Below are positions 37,842-47,574 of a stretch of 64,000 nucleotides of DNA, piece by piece (the stretch's first letter is position 1; the number at the start of each line of letters is the position of its first letter). A model generated the notes under the pieces. The model was not told where the DNA came from. It searched no databases and saw only the letters and a program-made list of their open reading frames with translations. Location: positions 186,001 to 250,000 of the IMG/VR virus record IMGVR_UViG_3300017991_005548; one strand, given 5' to 3'. The translations under genes and the position numbers were made by a program.

Positions 37842-40070
37842 TTACTCTTTTGGTGCTTGATTTTGAATAGCCATTTCCTTTTTCATAATTGTCTGCACAA
37901 TTTTACTCATTGCCTGCTGTGGCTGTTTCTCTATCTCACTATCTTTAAACCTTAAAACAGTCCAGCCCATCTGGGCAAGTTGCCTATCTCTTTCTTGGTC
38001 TTTTTGAATCTGTTTTGGAGAATTGTGAAAAATCTCTCCATCTGCTTCAATAATAAGTCTCAAATGAGGGAGGGCAAAGTCTACAGGATGTTCCATATTT
38101 CCTATCATAATCTTATACTGAGGGATAATAGGATATTTAATAATCCCGTCTTTTTGATGTTGAACCATATGATCCATCAATTCTCTTTCAATTTTTGTAA
38201 AAGCGATTCTCCCCTTCTCATCTCTTACCTGTCCATCTTTCCCTTGCGAATAGGAAGATGGTTTTGCGGTCTCTGAACGCATTTTCTTTTGCTCAGAAAC
38301 TAATTTATCTCTGGTTTTCTTTTTCAAAACCTTTCCGCCAAATTGTGATGGATCAGCAACTTCCGCAGTCAATGGCCCTGTTTTTGCCAATACGGGTTCT
38401 CCACCTGTTGGTGCGGCTGGCGCTCCACCGAGATCTCCTCCTGGCTCAATAGGGGGTTCTCCCCCCATACCTCCCATTCCACCTCCAAGATCCATGCCTC
38501 CTGGCATTCCGCCGAAGCCACCACCCATGTCTCCTCCAGGCTGTTGCCCCATACCTTGTCCAAGGGCCATCATTTGAACGGCATCATAGCGTTTTCTTTC
38601 AATTTCTTGATCTGGGTCAATATCAAATGCTTCAAGAACAGTCTGCGCACTAACAAGACCCTTCTCGTACAATTGAATAATAAATGTTCTGTATTGCTGT
38701 TGATCTCTAAGATGCATGGAGTTCCATTTAATCTTAGGAACCAGATACTCTTCTTCTCCCGTCTCAGGATTTGTATCAATAAACCCTTGTCGTTTAGCTT
38801 CTGGGAGATATAGGAAATCTGTTATCCAATCAGCTATTTGACTTCTAAATGTGTCCAACCTGTGAATCATAGCTTCAATACCAACAGAAGCGCTTGCAAA
38901 TGTTGGACCTTCACCATTAAGAAGAGCATTGTTAATCATCATACCATCAAGGACTTCCTGATTGATGAATTCAAACTCATTACTAAGAGTAAGAACTTTG
39001 CCAGAAGCACCCACCCAGTCAAAATCAAATGCATGGTGTGTGACAATGGTAAGGTTAGGGTCATTAGCAGTTTCGGCAAGCTGTGCTTGTACAGCGGCAA
39101 TATCGGCAGGTCCAGCAGGACGTTCATCACTACCGACTTTAACAATCTTAATAGGAACGATTAGACGTTCTGCAACGATCCACTGAGCTACCATGAGCTT
39201 AGTTTTATATGAAAGTATAGGGAATAATCTACGGACCATTCCGATTCCATAACGAGTATATCCACTTTCACCATATTTCAAGTGAGAAACGTTACGATTA
39301 TCTAATCGGATAGGCTGACCTGACGAAACAAGTGCGATTACATCTGGAGAAAGTTTCTCATATCCAGGTGTTTTTCTCTGGACCATATTGATGAGTTCTT
39401 CATCTGGTTTCAAAGCGATAATCGGGTCAGGATTTAAAGGTGGGGTATAGACATCTACAAAGTCAGGGTTAAGGATGACCATTCTTCTGACCGTTCCTCC
39501 CTCATGATCGCAAATAATATCTCCGACCATTCCAGAGCCTCCACAATGCTCACAATGGATTTCTGCAAATGGGAAGCAATCGCCAAGCAAATGGACTTCA
39601 TGACTTATCAAACGACACCATTTAGTCAGTTCGAGTCTTTTTTTGAATTTATCAAAGTATAACTTAATCTCTCTATCTTTACACTCATGTTCCCAATCAC
39701 TCATTGGAAAATAACTGTAGAAATCAATTGCAGAAGCTACCTTGGGTTCGTTTTCATAGAAGAATCTTGCCCATTGATATTGTTCTATTCTTTTACTTGG
39801 GATCTGCCAGTTGATTGGAGTATGAACTGGGGAGAAAAATTGAGGCTGACCATAAATAGTTCCTGCACTTGCTACGGAACTAAATTTCGCCATACCATTT
39901 CCCCATTGGGTACTGGCACCAGTCGTTGGGGCATAGTTTTGTCTTGGGATAGGTCGATATGATTGGTGCTGTGGAACCTCGCTGGTAGCGAGTTTAGCGG
40001 GATCTCTATTTCTTAATGCTCTAAAAGTCTCTTCTAGATTGGTAGTTTGTAGGTGAACTTGCATGCACAC
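37842..40070 (-). CDS. Portal protein fused to a C-terminal DUF559/Vsr-like endonuclease-fold domain
   Basis: VASAIDFYSYFP, LNPDFVDV, LYEKGLVSAQTVLEAFDID portal-like pattern; G/M/P linker; VDFALPHLRLIIEADGEIFH...RDRQLAQMGWTVLRF. Confidence 0.75.
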   Translation of the reverse strand: MCMQVHLQTTNLEETFRALRNRDPAKLATSEVPQHQSYRPIPRQNYAPTTGASTQWGNGMAKFSSVASAGTIYGQPQFFSPVHTPINWQIPSKRIEQYQWARFFYENEPKVASAIDFYSYFPMSDWEHECKDREIKLYFDKFKKRLELTKWCRLISHEVHLLGDCFPFAEIHCEHCGGSGMVGDIICDHEGGTVRRMVILNPDFVDVYTPPLNPDPIIALKPDEELINMVQRKTPGYEKLSPDVIALVSSGQPIRLDNRNVSHLKYGESGYTRYGIGMVRRLFPILSYKTKLMVAQWIVAERLIVPIKIVKVGSDERPAGPADIAAVQAQLAETANDPNLTIVTHHAFDFDWVGASGKVLTLSNEFEFINQEVLDGMMINNALLNGEGPTFASASVGIEAMIHRLDTFRSQIADWITDFLYLPEAKRQGFIDTNPETGEEEYLVPKIKWNSMHLRDQQQYRTFIIQLYEKGLVSAQTVLEAFDIDPDQEIERKRYDAVQMMALGQGMGQQPGGDMGGGFGGMPGGMDLGGGMGGMGGEPPIEPGGDLGGAPAAPTGGEPVLAKTGPLTAEVADPSQFGGKVLKKKTRDKLVSEQKKMRSETAKPSSYSQGKDGQVRDEKGRIAFTKIERELMDHMVQHQKDGIIKYPIIPQYKIMIGNMEHPVDFALPHLRLIIEADGEIFHNSPKQIQKDQERDRQLAQMGWTVLRFKDSEIEKQPQQAMSKIVQTIMKKEMAIQNQAPKE

Positions 40071-40105
40071 ATTCCTGATTTAGATTTTTTTTATTATACA
40101 AAATC

Positions 40106-41437
40106 TTAGAGTTCATCAATTTCGAATGTGTCTACCTCTTCAACCTCTTGAACATCTTGAACACCCATTTCTTCGCCAACTTCATTTAGACCAATCTCAT
40201 CTGCCGCATCCTGAATTGATTCAACTTCACCATTCTCGTCAAGTGCATCAAGGGCTTCAGTAAGATTTGAAATGTCAGTTTTGATAATGACAGTTTGACC
40301 GACCCCTTTCCCAGAAGCAATATCATAATTGCCTTGTGGAGTATTTGGGTCATCTACAAGAATTGTTCCCTGTAAAAGATTGACAGGAACATTCCCACCA
40401 TCTCCCATTGTTTCAGCCGCAAGGTCACTTAACAATCTGTAGGTTGACCTTGAATTTGCTGTTTTGACAGGTTTAACATCAAATGCATAAGCAATTTGAT
40501 CATGTTTCTTCACCATCGTATCAGCAAACTTTCCGATCTGTGCTACGTTCGTTATTGAAGTGTCGTAATGCTCAGAGATCAAATCCAACATATTCTCATA
40601 TCCGATGCCTGCCGCTTTCATATCCATGTAATCAGTAAAGATGCTATAAACAATATCATCAAACCTATTTACAGGGGTCTTACTAGCTGTTTTAACCAAT
40701 TTATTAAAAGAATTGGCAGTCGTCGTTACTTCAAGATCATAAGTCTCATTGCCTCTGGCCTCTTCCAGTCTTCTTTCAGTTGAATACTGATGAGGTCTTG
40801 GCTTTCTGGTCCTTTCATTCAGACCTAATTCCATTTGGTTTCCGCCATCTCTTGGAGCGTCTGGATTGGCAGGAGTACCAGCAGTAGGGTAAACATGGAA
40901 TCTGTCATTGATATATCCACCAACCCATTGTCCTTCTTCTGTTTTATACTCTCTGTAGAATTTGTCCATGACATACATTCTCCAGATAGCTTCCCCACTA
41001 TAAACACGATCAGGATCAGCGTCAAAAGAAATGGCATCTGGAGCATAATGAGTGAAATCAAAAAACTGATCTCTGTCAACTCTCCAAGGAGTGTCTTCAT
41101 TATAAGCATCTACTGCTCTATTCCATTTATTACGCTCTCCTCGCATCCAACCGTTTCTCTGTCTGCTTTGAGCTTTCTTTTCCATATAAACACCTTTATT
41201 TAATGCCTCTGTTAAATTGTGTTTGGACAAAATTTTATACAATACATTAGACGCATCTTCGTCATCATCATTATAGATCGCTGTACAAGCGTCTTTAATG
41301 TCCAACTCATCCTCAATAAAGTCAATGTCAGTAGTTATCTTCACTACCTTCATTAACTCGTTAAATGCATCTCCTAACGTATCTTTATCTCTAATCCAAT
41401 CATTAAGATCATTTGGATTTTTGAAAAAATTCGCCAC
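40106..41437 (-). CDS. Hypothetical protein, 443 aa (GTG start), with KKAQ/KTAS/KTAN motifs
   Basis: Long ORF adjacent to portal. Confidence 0.75.
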   Translation of the reverse strand: MANFFKNPNDLNDWIRDKDTLGDAFNELMKVVKITTDIDFIEDELDIKDACTAIYNDDDEDASNVLYKILSKHNLTEALNKGVYMEKKAQSRQRNGWMRGERNKWNRAVDAYNEDTPWRVDRDQFFDFTHYAPDAISFDADPDRVYSGEAIWRMYVMDKFYREYKTEEGQWVGGYINDRFHVYPTAGTPANPDAPRDGGNQMELGLNERTRKPRPHQYSTERRLEEARGNETYDLEVTTTANSFNKLVKTASKTPVNRFDDIVYSIFTDYMDMKAAGIGYENMLDLISEHYDTSITNVAQIGKFADTMVKKHDQIAYAFDVKPVKTANSRSTYRLLSDLAAETMGDGGNVPVNLLQGTILVDDPNTPQGNYDIASGKGVGQTVIIKTDISNLTEALDALDENGEVESIQDAADEIGLNEVGEEMGVQDVQEVEEVDTFEIDEL

Positions 41438-41441
41438 AAAA

Positions 41442-42470
41442 TTATCCTAAATGTTTCTTCAACTCTTCAGTGAAGTGGTCACTAACCATTCTAGAAGGAG
41501 CGGCCTTGGTTTCTTCCCAAGTCCTATTTTCAGATTTAGTTTCTCTCTGAATAGAAGCTTTTCTAGTTTCGTTCTGCTGAGCTAAACTCTCACCAGCAGT
41601 TTTCTCAGGAAGATTTTTGAGGTCAGCTTCGCTATAAGCTCCCATGAAGCTACTACTAACTCCAGAGCCAACGTTCCCAACCTCAGTTGGGAAGACAACA
41701 CCTTGAGCCTCAAATCCATCAGCTTGCATTTCAGCGACCTTTTCTTCCTGCCAAGCTTGATGCTCTCTTTCTCTTTTCTTGGATCTTTCAAAATTATCAA
41801 AGACAAGCTTTTCGCCAGGAGTGAATGTTTCACTTTCTTCAAGCCTTTCAATGGCCCCAGGATCGGCAATAGAATTCTGATTAGGAGCAAGGCTAGGTTG
41901 ATTAGCAATTCTGTAATCCTCTCCACCTCTAATAGGACAAATACCTCCAAGCATAGCAACACCTGGAGCATCGCCTAATTTAGCCTCAGGAGCAACCTGT
42001 TGCCAATTTGCTTCTTTCATGTGGTCCATATTTGTTCTTTCATCGATATGGAACGGATCGCCAAGAACTTCTTTCAGAGCTTCTTCCATTGTGGAAGTCT
42101 GAGGTTCTGCACTGGCAGTCTTAACCATTTGTTCAGATGAAGCCGTTCTCTCTACTACGGATGTAGGATCAATTCCAACAATTCGGTCTGTACCAAGTCC
42201 ACATACAGAAGCGAACTCTTTAAGATGACGAACGTCTCTTTCAGACCAAGTTGAGTTATAGTAATAAGGTTGGTTGTTGGACGCACATTTCTCTATTTGT
42301 TCACATTCTTCGAACAAGCACATCTCATCAACCTTAGAAGCGGCTGTGACATTAAGCCTATCAATGCCAGCTTGAAGCAGTCTTTCATTCTCTTCTACTG
42401 CTTCTAAGTATGTTCCTGCGGTAACCCAATCAGGGACGTTATGAACATCTTGTGTTCTATTAATTTTCAT
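41442..42470 (-). CDS. Hypothetical protein, 342 aa, with several KxAS motifs
   Basis: Two AGG-N19-GAA motifs upstream. Confidence 0.75.
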   Translation of the reverse strand: MKINRTQDVHNVPDWVTAGTYLEAVEENERLLQAGIDRLNVTAASKVDEMCLFEECEQIEKCASNNQPYYYNSTWSERDVRHLKEFASVCGLGTDRIVGIDPTSVVERTASSEQMVKTASAEPQTSTMEEALKEVLGDPFHIDERTNMDHMKEANWQQVAPEAKLGDAPGVAMLGGICPIRGGEDYRIANQPSLAPNQNSIADPGAIERLEESETFTPGEKLVFDNFERSKKREREHQAWQEEKVAEMQADGFEAQGVVFPTEVGNVGSGVSSSFMGAYSEADLKNLPEKTAGESLAQQNETRKASIQRETKSENRTWEETKAAPSRMVSDHFTEELKKHLG

Positions 42471-42586
42471 GTTAATATCATCCTGTAATTAATGACTTTT
42501 CGAACTTATTCGTTAAAAATAAACAAAAGTCCTATTCCCATGTCATACTTAGTTCAACAAATATTATACACAAACCTTCATAAAAC

Positions 42587-42616
42587 ACAAAAAAAGACCA
42601 CCCGAAGGGGTGGTCC
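42587..42616 (-). terminator. Rho-independent terminator
   Basis: GACCACCC/GGGTGGTC stem plus T run. Confidence 0.8.
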
Positions 42617-42646
42617 TTAATGGTACATTAGTATGTTAGAAAACGG

Positions 42647-42850
42647 TTACCAGTCGAAGTTTAACAGTACTTCTTCTTCAGGTTCGCATCCTATTGAAGT
42701 TAACCACTCTTCAATAGAACCTCCTATTTCTCCAACTGTTGTCCTAACGGCTGTTCTGTTCAAATCTCCGAGCCAACCGCCAATTTCTTTTCTAACTTCT
42801 TTTGGAGCGTCATTGACATCAACGACTTTCATTATTTGTACAGTACCCAT
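42647..42850 (-). CDS. Hypothetical protein, 67 aa
   Basis: Coupled to the AAA ATPase. Confidence 0.6.
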   Translation of the reverse strand: MGTVQIMKVVDVNDAPKEVRKEIGGWLGDLNRTAVRTTVGEIGGSIEEWLTSIGCEPEEEVLLNFDW

Positions 42851-42852
42851 GA

Positions 42853-44877
42853 TTATTCCTCTTGAAATCCTTTGGTCTCTTTGAGCTTCTCAACATCCGT
42901 GACAGAGTCCTCGAACTCAACCTGGATTTCTTCAGGATCATCCTTGTAATAATCCCTATCGCCAAGTTTAAGCTCTCCAGTCGTTGCTCCCTTGACAGAA
43001 CCTTCGCTGTTCTCAAGAACCTTGACGAATGATTCAGTTGTCCATGGAATACCTCGGTCATCACCGTACTTATTGAAGTAGTAACGATGAGCCGCCATTT
43101 CAATCATAAGCATCTCAACATCACGAACGGTGAACTTCTTAGTCATTGCCAATTCAGACAACTTTTCGAGATCCAGACCGTTGATTGCTCTCTGGAAGTC
43201 TTCTTGATCCTCAAAACCAATAACATCAACGCCTCGATTGTGCATTCTTCTTGCGCAAGTCTCAAATGTTTCCATCATACTTGCGGAATCGAAGTTACCA
43301 ATGTCAATGGCAAGGTCAGTACGACCAGAACGAAGCAGAGGTCCAGTGAAATTCTCAAGATGGTTCGTAGTCAAAACGAGGAAGATATTTCTTTTAACAA
43401 AAAGATTCTCTTCCTGATTGTTCTGAAGCCAGTTCATGAACTCACTCTCAACCTGCTTATGAGCTTCATGCATTCCGCCACCTCGATCATTGGTGGAACC
43501 CATAGCTCTGTCATACTCATCAATTCGAATGATAATATGACTGGTTGAAGCGATTTTATCCAAAGACTTTCTCATCTGTTCGGAACCCTGACCAATCCAC
43601 TTTGAATGACATGCATTGATGTTGAAGTCCCAAACATCAATATCAAGCAATCCAGCCAAGTGAACGGGAAATGCAGACTTACCAACACCGCCCTGACCAT
43701 ACAGAACAATAACATGAGGCATTCTGGTTCGAAGATCCTCAATGCTTTTATCGAGGACAGACATTTGGTCTCTTGCCTCATTAATCTTCTTGGCTGATTT
43801 ATTCTTGCTCTTCTGATGGATCTCTTTCTTCTCGTCAGAAAGAAGATCAACCTCATCAAAATCACGCATCAACTTCTGAACATCATAGGTGAAGTTACTG
43901 TTCTTTGGACAGATATAGTCTTCCCAAGGTCTTCCCTGCAACTGAGTCAAACCAAAGCCATCCTTCATCAGGTTCTTATTGATCTTTGTTCTCAGAAGTC
44001 TCAGGGCTTCTCCCATGTCAATGTAGTCCTGACCGTTTGCATCTGTTGTAATCGCCCTTGGAAGGCAATATCCAAGAACATCACAAGCTTCACTGTAATT
44101 CAGACCAGCGAGTTTGCGGATTGTCTGGTTCATCTGAGATTCGGTGATCGAAAGACGAATGTTCTTTGCGCTGTAGCTCTTGACGTAAACATTGAAAAGG
44201 TGTTTAACCTCAAACTCGTCAACAGTACCAATCTCAACAACATCGACTTTAAAAGGGAACTTGAGTGGGACATTCGAAATCAGAACCAAAACACATCCAA
44301 GACGAACGGTTGGGTTTCTGAATTTATCAAACAGGAACAAAGCTCTGGTGTCTACAACTCCTGGCTCTTCTGGTTTGCAGAAATCAAGGCAGAAATCGAC
44401 ATTACTAATCAACAGAATTTTATCTCTGCACCCACCAGCTTCAGACTTTTTGCGAAGATCCTTTCTGGTTACAAGGCCATTCTCTTTTCTCCTGATCTCA
44501 CCAGTTTGTTCATTGATATCTGGCTCAGGATCTCCATTTGGCCCATTCTTGATTTTGTAAGCGCCATAGATCAACTCATCAAAGAAACGAACACTTGCTC
44601 CTTTCCCAGGTCTACCATGCTGTAACTCAACAGCATCAAATTTGGTTGTTCCATTGAAGAGTTGCTCTACACAGAACGTTTTCTTCAGGATGGACTGAAC
44701 GAGGTAAGGATTTTCATGATTGACAACGAAATTGACGATACCAGTTATAGAGATGGAGCAAGTAGACTTCATCTCTTTAATTACCTTATTAATACCTGGG
44801 CTGTTTTCCAGCAGGTAAGGCATTCCAGTTTTCTTCTGCTTGTTGTCTTCTGTGGCACTTTTCTTGTCTTCGCTCAT
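42853..44877 (-). CDS. AAA+ ATPase, Ycf46-like (degenerate N-terminal plus active C-terminal domain)
   Basis: LYGQGGVGKS, KWIGQGSE, IIRIDEYDRA, LTTNH...LLRSGRTD. Confidence 0.8.
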   Translation of the reverse strand: MSEDKKSATEDNKQKKTGMPYLLENSPGINKVIKEMKSTCSISITGIVNFVVNHENPYLVQSILKKTFCVEQLFNGTTKFDAVELQHGRPGKGASVRFFDELIYGAYKIKNGPNGDPEPDINEQTGEIRRKENGLVTRKDLRKKSEAGGCRDKILLISNVDFCLDFCKPEEPGVVDTRALFLFDKFRNPTVRLGCVLVLISNVPLKFPFKVDVVEIGTVDEFEVKHLFNVYVKSYSAKNIRLSITESQMNQTIRKLAGLNYSEACDVLGYCLPRAITTDANGQDYIDMGEALRLLRTKINKNLMKDGFGLTQLQGRPWEDYICPKNSNFTYDVQKLMRDFDEVDLLSDEKKEIHQKSKNKSAKKINEARDQMSVLDKSIEDLRTRMPHVIVLYGQGGVGKSAFPVHLAGLLDIDVWDFNINACHSKWIGQGSEQMRKSLDKIASTSHIIIRIDEYDRAMGSTNDRGGGMHEAHKQVESEFMNWLQNNQEENLFVKRNIFLVLTTNHLENFTGPLLRSGRTDLAIDIGNFDSASMMETFETCARRMHNRGVDVIGFEDQEDFQRAINGLDLEKLSELAMTKKFTVRDVEMLMIEMAAHRYYFNKYGDDRGIPWTTESFVKVLENSEGSVKGATTGELKLGDRDYYKDDPEEIQVEFEDSVTDVEKLKETKGFQEE

Positions 44878-44947
44878 TGTTTACTCCAGTAATTGATGGT
44901 CGCCTTCTAGGTTTTCAAGTTAAACTAATATTAGTATATCCCCCTAA

Positions 44948-44990
44948 AACAAAAAAGCAAGCCGATAAATGCATATCGACTTGCTTTTTT
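44948..44990 (-). terminator. Rho-independent terminator (possibly bidirectional)
   Basis: AAAAAAGCAAG.CGATA...TATCG.CTTGCTTTTTT. Confidence 0.7.
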
Positions 44991-45012
44991 TCGAGATTCT
45001 TGGGATTACGAC

Positions 45013-45687
45013 TTATTTTTCGTAATCTTTTACCATTAACTTGACAAAGTCTTTGGGGTATCCAAGCTGTCTTGACCAGTAATCGTAGATCTTCTTACGA
45101 TTCTTTGGACTGATCTCAGCAAGCTTTACCCAATCATCAGCGGAAGCTTCAACAACTTCATCTTCTTCGTCTTCGGCTTCTACCACTTCATCTTCTTCGG
45201 AAGCTTCAACAGTTTCTTCGGAAGCTTCAACAGTTTCGTTTTCATCAGTTGCACATTTTTGAGTTGGACACTCTTCGCCACCTTCGATAACTTCTTCCTC
45301 AACTTCCATTTCGAATTCCTCTACAGGAGCATCTTCAGTTTCTCCACCAAGACACTCAACAGCATCTTCAATGGCATCCTGTGCTCTTTCGAGACATTCA
45401 ACTGCGGCATCTTCGCCTTCAGCTACTTCTTCGACTTGACCTTCGAATTCAACACCGTCAGTTTCAACAGCATCAGTCTCTGCAAGCTCATCGCCACCCA
45501 TAGCCATGCCACAACCTTGTGCGGCTTCTTTTTCTTCGTAATTAGCCACTACTTGTTTTGCGGCTTCGAAAAGATCATCTCTATATTGTTCCTGTTCGGA
45601 AACTTCTCCTTCATTATTTGAAGCGGTTTTCACCATAACTTTGGGAAGCCAATCCGTAGAACCTTTTCCAGAAGGCATAATTCTCAT
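45013..45687 (-). CDS. Acidic hypothetical protein, 224 aa (scaffold-like)
   Basis: VKTASN near the N-terminus; E-rich repeats. Confidence 0.75.
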   Translation of the reverse strand: MRIMPSGKGSTDWLPKVMVKTASNNEGEVSEQEQYRDDLFEAAKQVVANYEEKEAAQGCGMAMGGDELAETDAVETDGVEFEGQVEEVAEGEDAAVECLERAQDAIEDAVECLGGETEDAPVEEFEMEVEEEVIEGGEECPTQKCATDENETVEASEETVEASEEDEVVEAEDEEDEVVEASADDWVKLAEISPKNRKKIYDYWSRQLGYPKDFVKLMVKDYEK

Positions 45688-45749
45688 TTTAAACTCTCCT
45701 TATCTATGTTTTGTTGGTTTACACACTTGAAAAAGTATGGAATTCTCTC

Positions 45750-45953
45750 TTATTCTAAATAAGAGTCCTTTTTCCCTACATCTTTCTTGTCATATTTGTC
45801 TTGGCAGGTTTGCCATGCATCTTGAGGACTGTCCCCTTCATCAAGACACTCTTTCTGACAGTCCATCTTTTTCCTTTCTGGACGCATCAATTCTTGAGCA
45901 CCTTCATAAAAGGCTTTCTTTTTTAAATGCCTTTTCAAATTGAAAATAGCCAT
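45750..45953 (-). CDS. Hypothetical protein, 67 aa
   Basis: In operon context. Confidence 0.55.
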   Translation of the reverse strand: MAIFNLKRHLKKKAFYEGAQELMRPERKKMDCQKECLDEGDSPQDAWQTCQDKYDKKDVGKKDSYLE

Positions 45954-45956
45954 AAT

Positions 45957-46871
45957 TCACCTAATAATGTTTTTTAACCTGTCCCACAAATTTTGTGGTT
46001 CTTCTATTGTTTGTTCTTGTTCTGGAGAGGTTTCTCCTTCATCAACTTTTATTTCTAGACTGATTATGTTATCAATCAAGAAGTTCTTTGGCGTTCCCCC
46101 TTCAATACTCCATCCACTTCCATTAATAGTAGGAGAAGCATCATAAGCCGTAAAATATCTTCCGTTAGGTCCAGACTTAATTGGATACCCTTCACCTGGA
46201 ACTGGCATCAATCTTCTTGGTGGTAAAACCCTTCCGCTCAAAGTCCAGTAGACGATATCCATCTCCTGGTTATTTTGTTCTGCATACTTGATCTTAGCTG
46301 TCTGGTTCATGTTGTACTCAACAACTTGATTGGGCTGTGGAGGCTGTTCATACATTTGTTGTTGTTCAGGAGTAACTGGTATTTCTTCCATTGGGGCTTC
46401 TTGAAGAACTTGCTCTTCTTCGGGAGTTAACTCACCCTCTAAATCATTCGGCTCCATCAAAGGATCTTCATTCTCAACATTAACTTGAGCAAATCTTGAA
46501 AGATTCTTGTAAGTAACATTGCTTTTAAGAGTTCTCACCCAATCATCTCCATCAAACATCTGGAAACCAACATCAATATTGTTTTTGGAAAACCACCCTT
46601 TATTAACTTCAACAGCATATTGGCATGGGCTTGAGGAAGTCGTCATTCTTGTACTCATTGGGGCCATGGATTCTATTTGCATAATCTTTCCACTATCATC
46701 AAGAAAAGCAATATCCAATGGAATATAGGTGTTCTGCATCCAAAAACTTTGGGGATGCTTTCTAGGAAAGATGAATATCATTCCATCATTTTCCCCCAGT
46801 GTTTTACGATCCATTAAACCATAAGATCGTTTATGGGGAGTATCCGCTATTTCCAAACTCAAATAAGCCAT
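45957..46871 (-). CDS. DUF192 domain fused to a WYL-like C-terminal domain
   Basis: EIADTPHKRSYGLMDR, FWMQNTYIPLDIAF, AVEVNKG; C-terminal IVYWTLSG...RRLMP...YFTAYD...KNFLIDNIISL. Confidence 0.7.
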   Translation of the reverse strand: MAYLSLEIADTPHKRSYGLMDRKTLGENDGMIFIFPRKHPQSFWMQNTYIPLDIAFLDDSGKIMQIESMAPMSTRMTTSSSPCQYAVEVNKGWFSKNNIDVGFQMFDGDDWVRTLKSNVTYKNLSRFAQVNVENEDPLMEPNDLEGELTPEEEQVLQEAPMEEIPVTPEQQQMYEQPPQPNQVVEYNMNQTAKIKYAEQNNQEMDIVYWTLSGRVLPPRRLMPVPGEGYPIKSGPNGRYFTAYDASPTINGSGWSIEGGTPKNFLIDNIISLEIKVDEGETSPEQEQTIEEPQNLWDRLKNIIR

Positions 46872-47127
46872 ATCTTACCTCTTCATCCCAAGGGATTCCG
46901 CTTTGATCCAAAGCATCGCAAAGCACTTCGGAAATTTCTCTATCCTCACACTCAAATTGGAGAACCTTAGAACCTGCTTTGTTGGTCATTTCAACTCCAC
47001 TAGGAATTTCTAAAGTTGCCAGACCATGAATTAGCATATTGTAATGTCTTCTTGACAATACAGCCCTAATAGCTACTGGTCCGTTTCCTGGTTCGTGTTT
47101 TTTATTCCTGATCAGCATCTTTGACAT
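46831..47127 (-). CDS. Hypothetical protein, 98 aa
   Basis: In operon context. Confidence 0.6.
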   Translation of the reverse strand: MSKMLIRNKKHEPGNGPVAIRAVLSRRHYNMLIHGLATLEIPSGVEMTNKAGSKVLQFECEDREISEVLCDALDQSGIPWDEEVRYGLFEFGNSGYSP

Positions 47128-47572
47128 TAAGATTGTTTGATGTGTTAGAGCAGAATTTTGGAATGCGATATCCTTCCTTCCCTCTCTTATCCATGCTTGC
47201 CATGATTTCTAAATAACTCTTATCCGATTTACCTTTCTCGAACTTATTACCTTCACCAAGGGCCATAACAGTAATAACCTGTCTCCCTCGTTCAGTTATT
47301 CTAACTTCAGAAGAATCACCAGAAACCAACCCATAGGTTTTCAGTCTCATGATATCTCGGTTACTAAGACCCATATCAGAAGAAATCACAAACTTATCAT
47401 CATTGTTCTCTGCTTCGAGCCAAATTCTCATCAAAATCTCTGCGTCTTTATTACTAGCAGTGATTTTCTTTCTTTTCTCATCACTCTTAATGACTTCTTG
47501 TGCAAGAAACGAATAATCAACAAAACGATTGTTTTCTTGTGGATCTTGCATTGGTCTAATAGGTATAGGCAT
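47102..47572 (-). CDS. Hypothetical protein, possible winged helix
   Basis: RLKTYGLV...VRITERGRQVI. Confidence 0.6.
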   Translation of the reverse strand: MPIPIRPMQDPQENNRFVDYSFLAQEVIKSDEKRKKITASNKDAEILMRIWLEAENNDDKFVISSDMGLSNRDIMRLKTYGLVSGDSSEVRITERGRQVITVMALGEGNKFEKGKSDKSYLEIMASMDKRGKEGYRIPKFCSNTSNNLNVKDADQE

Positions 47573-47574
47573 AA

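Noticed and set aside
44924-44935. Perfect palindrome ACTAATATTAGT upstream of the AAA ATPase as an operator
   Set aside because: Single AT-rich 12-mer with no second copy found
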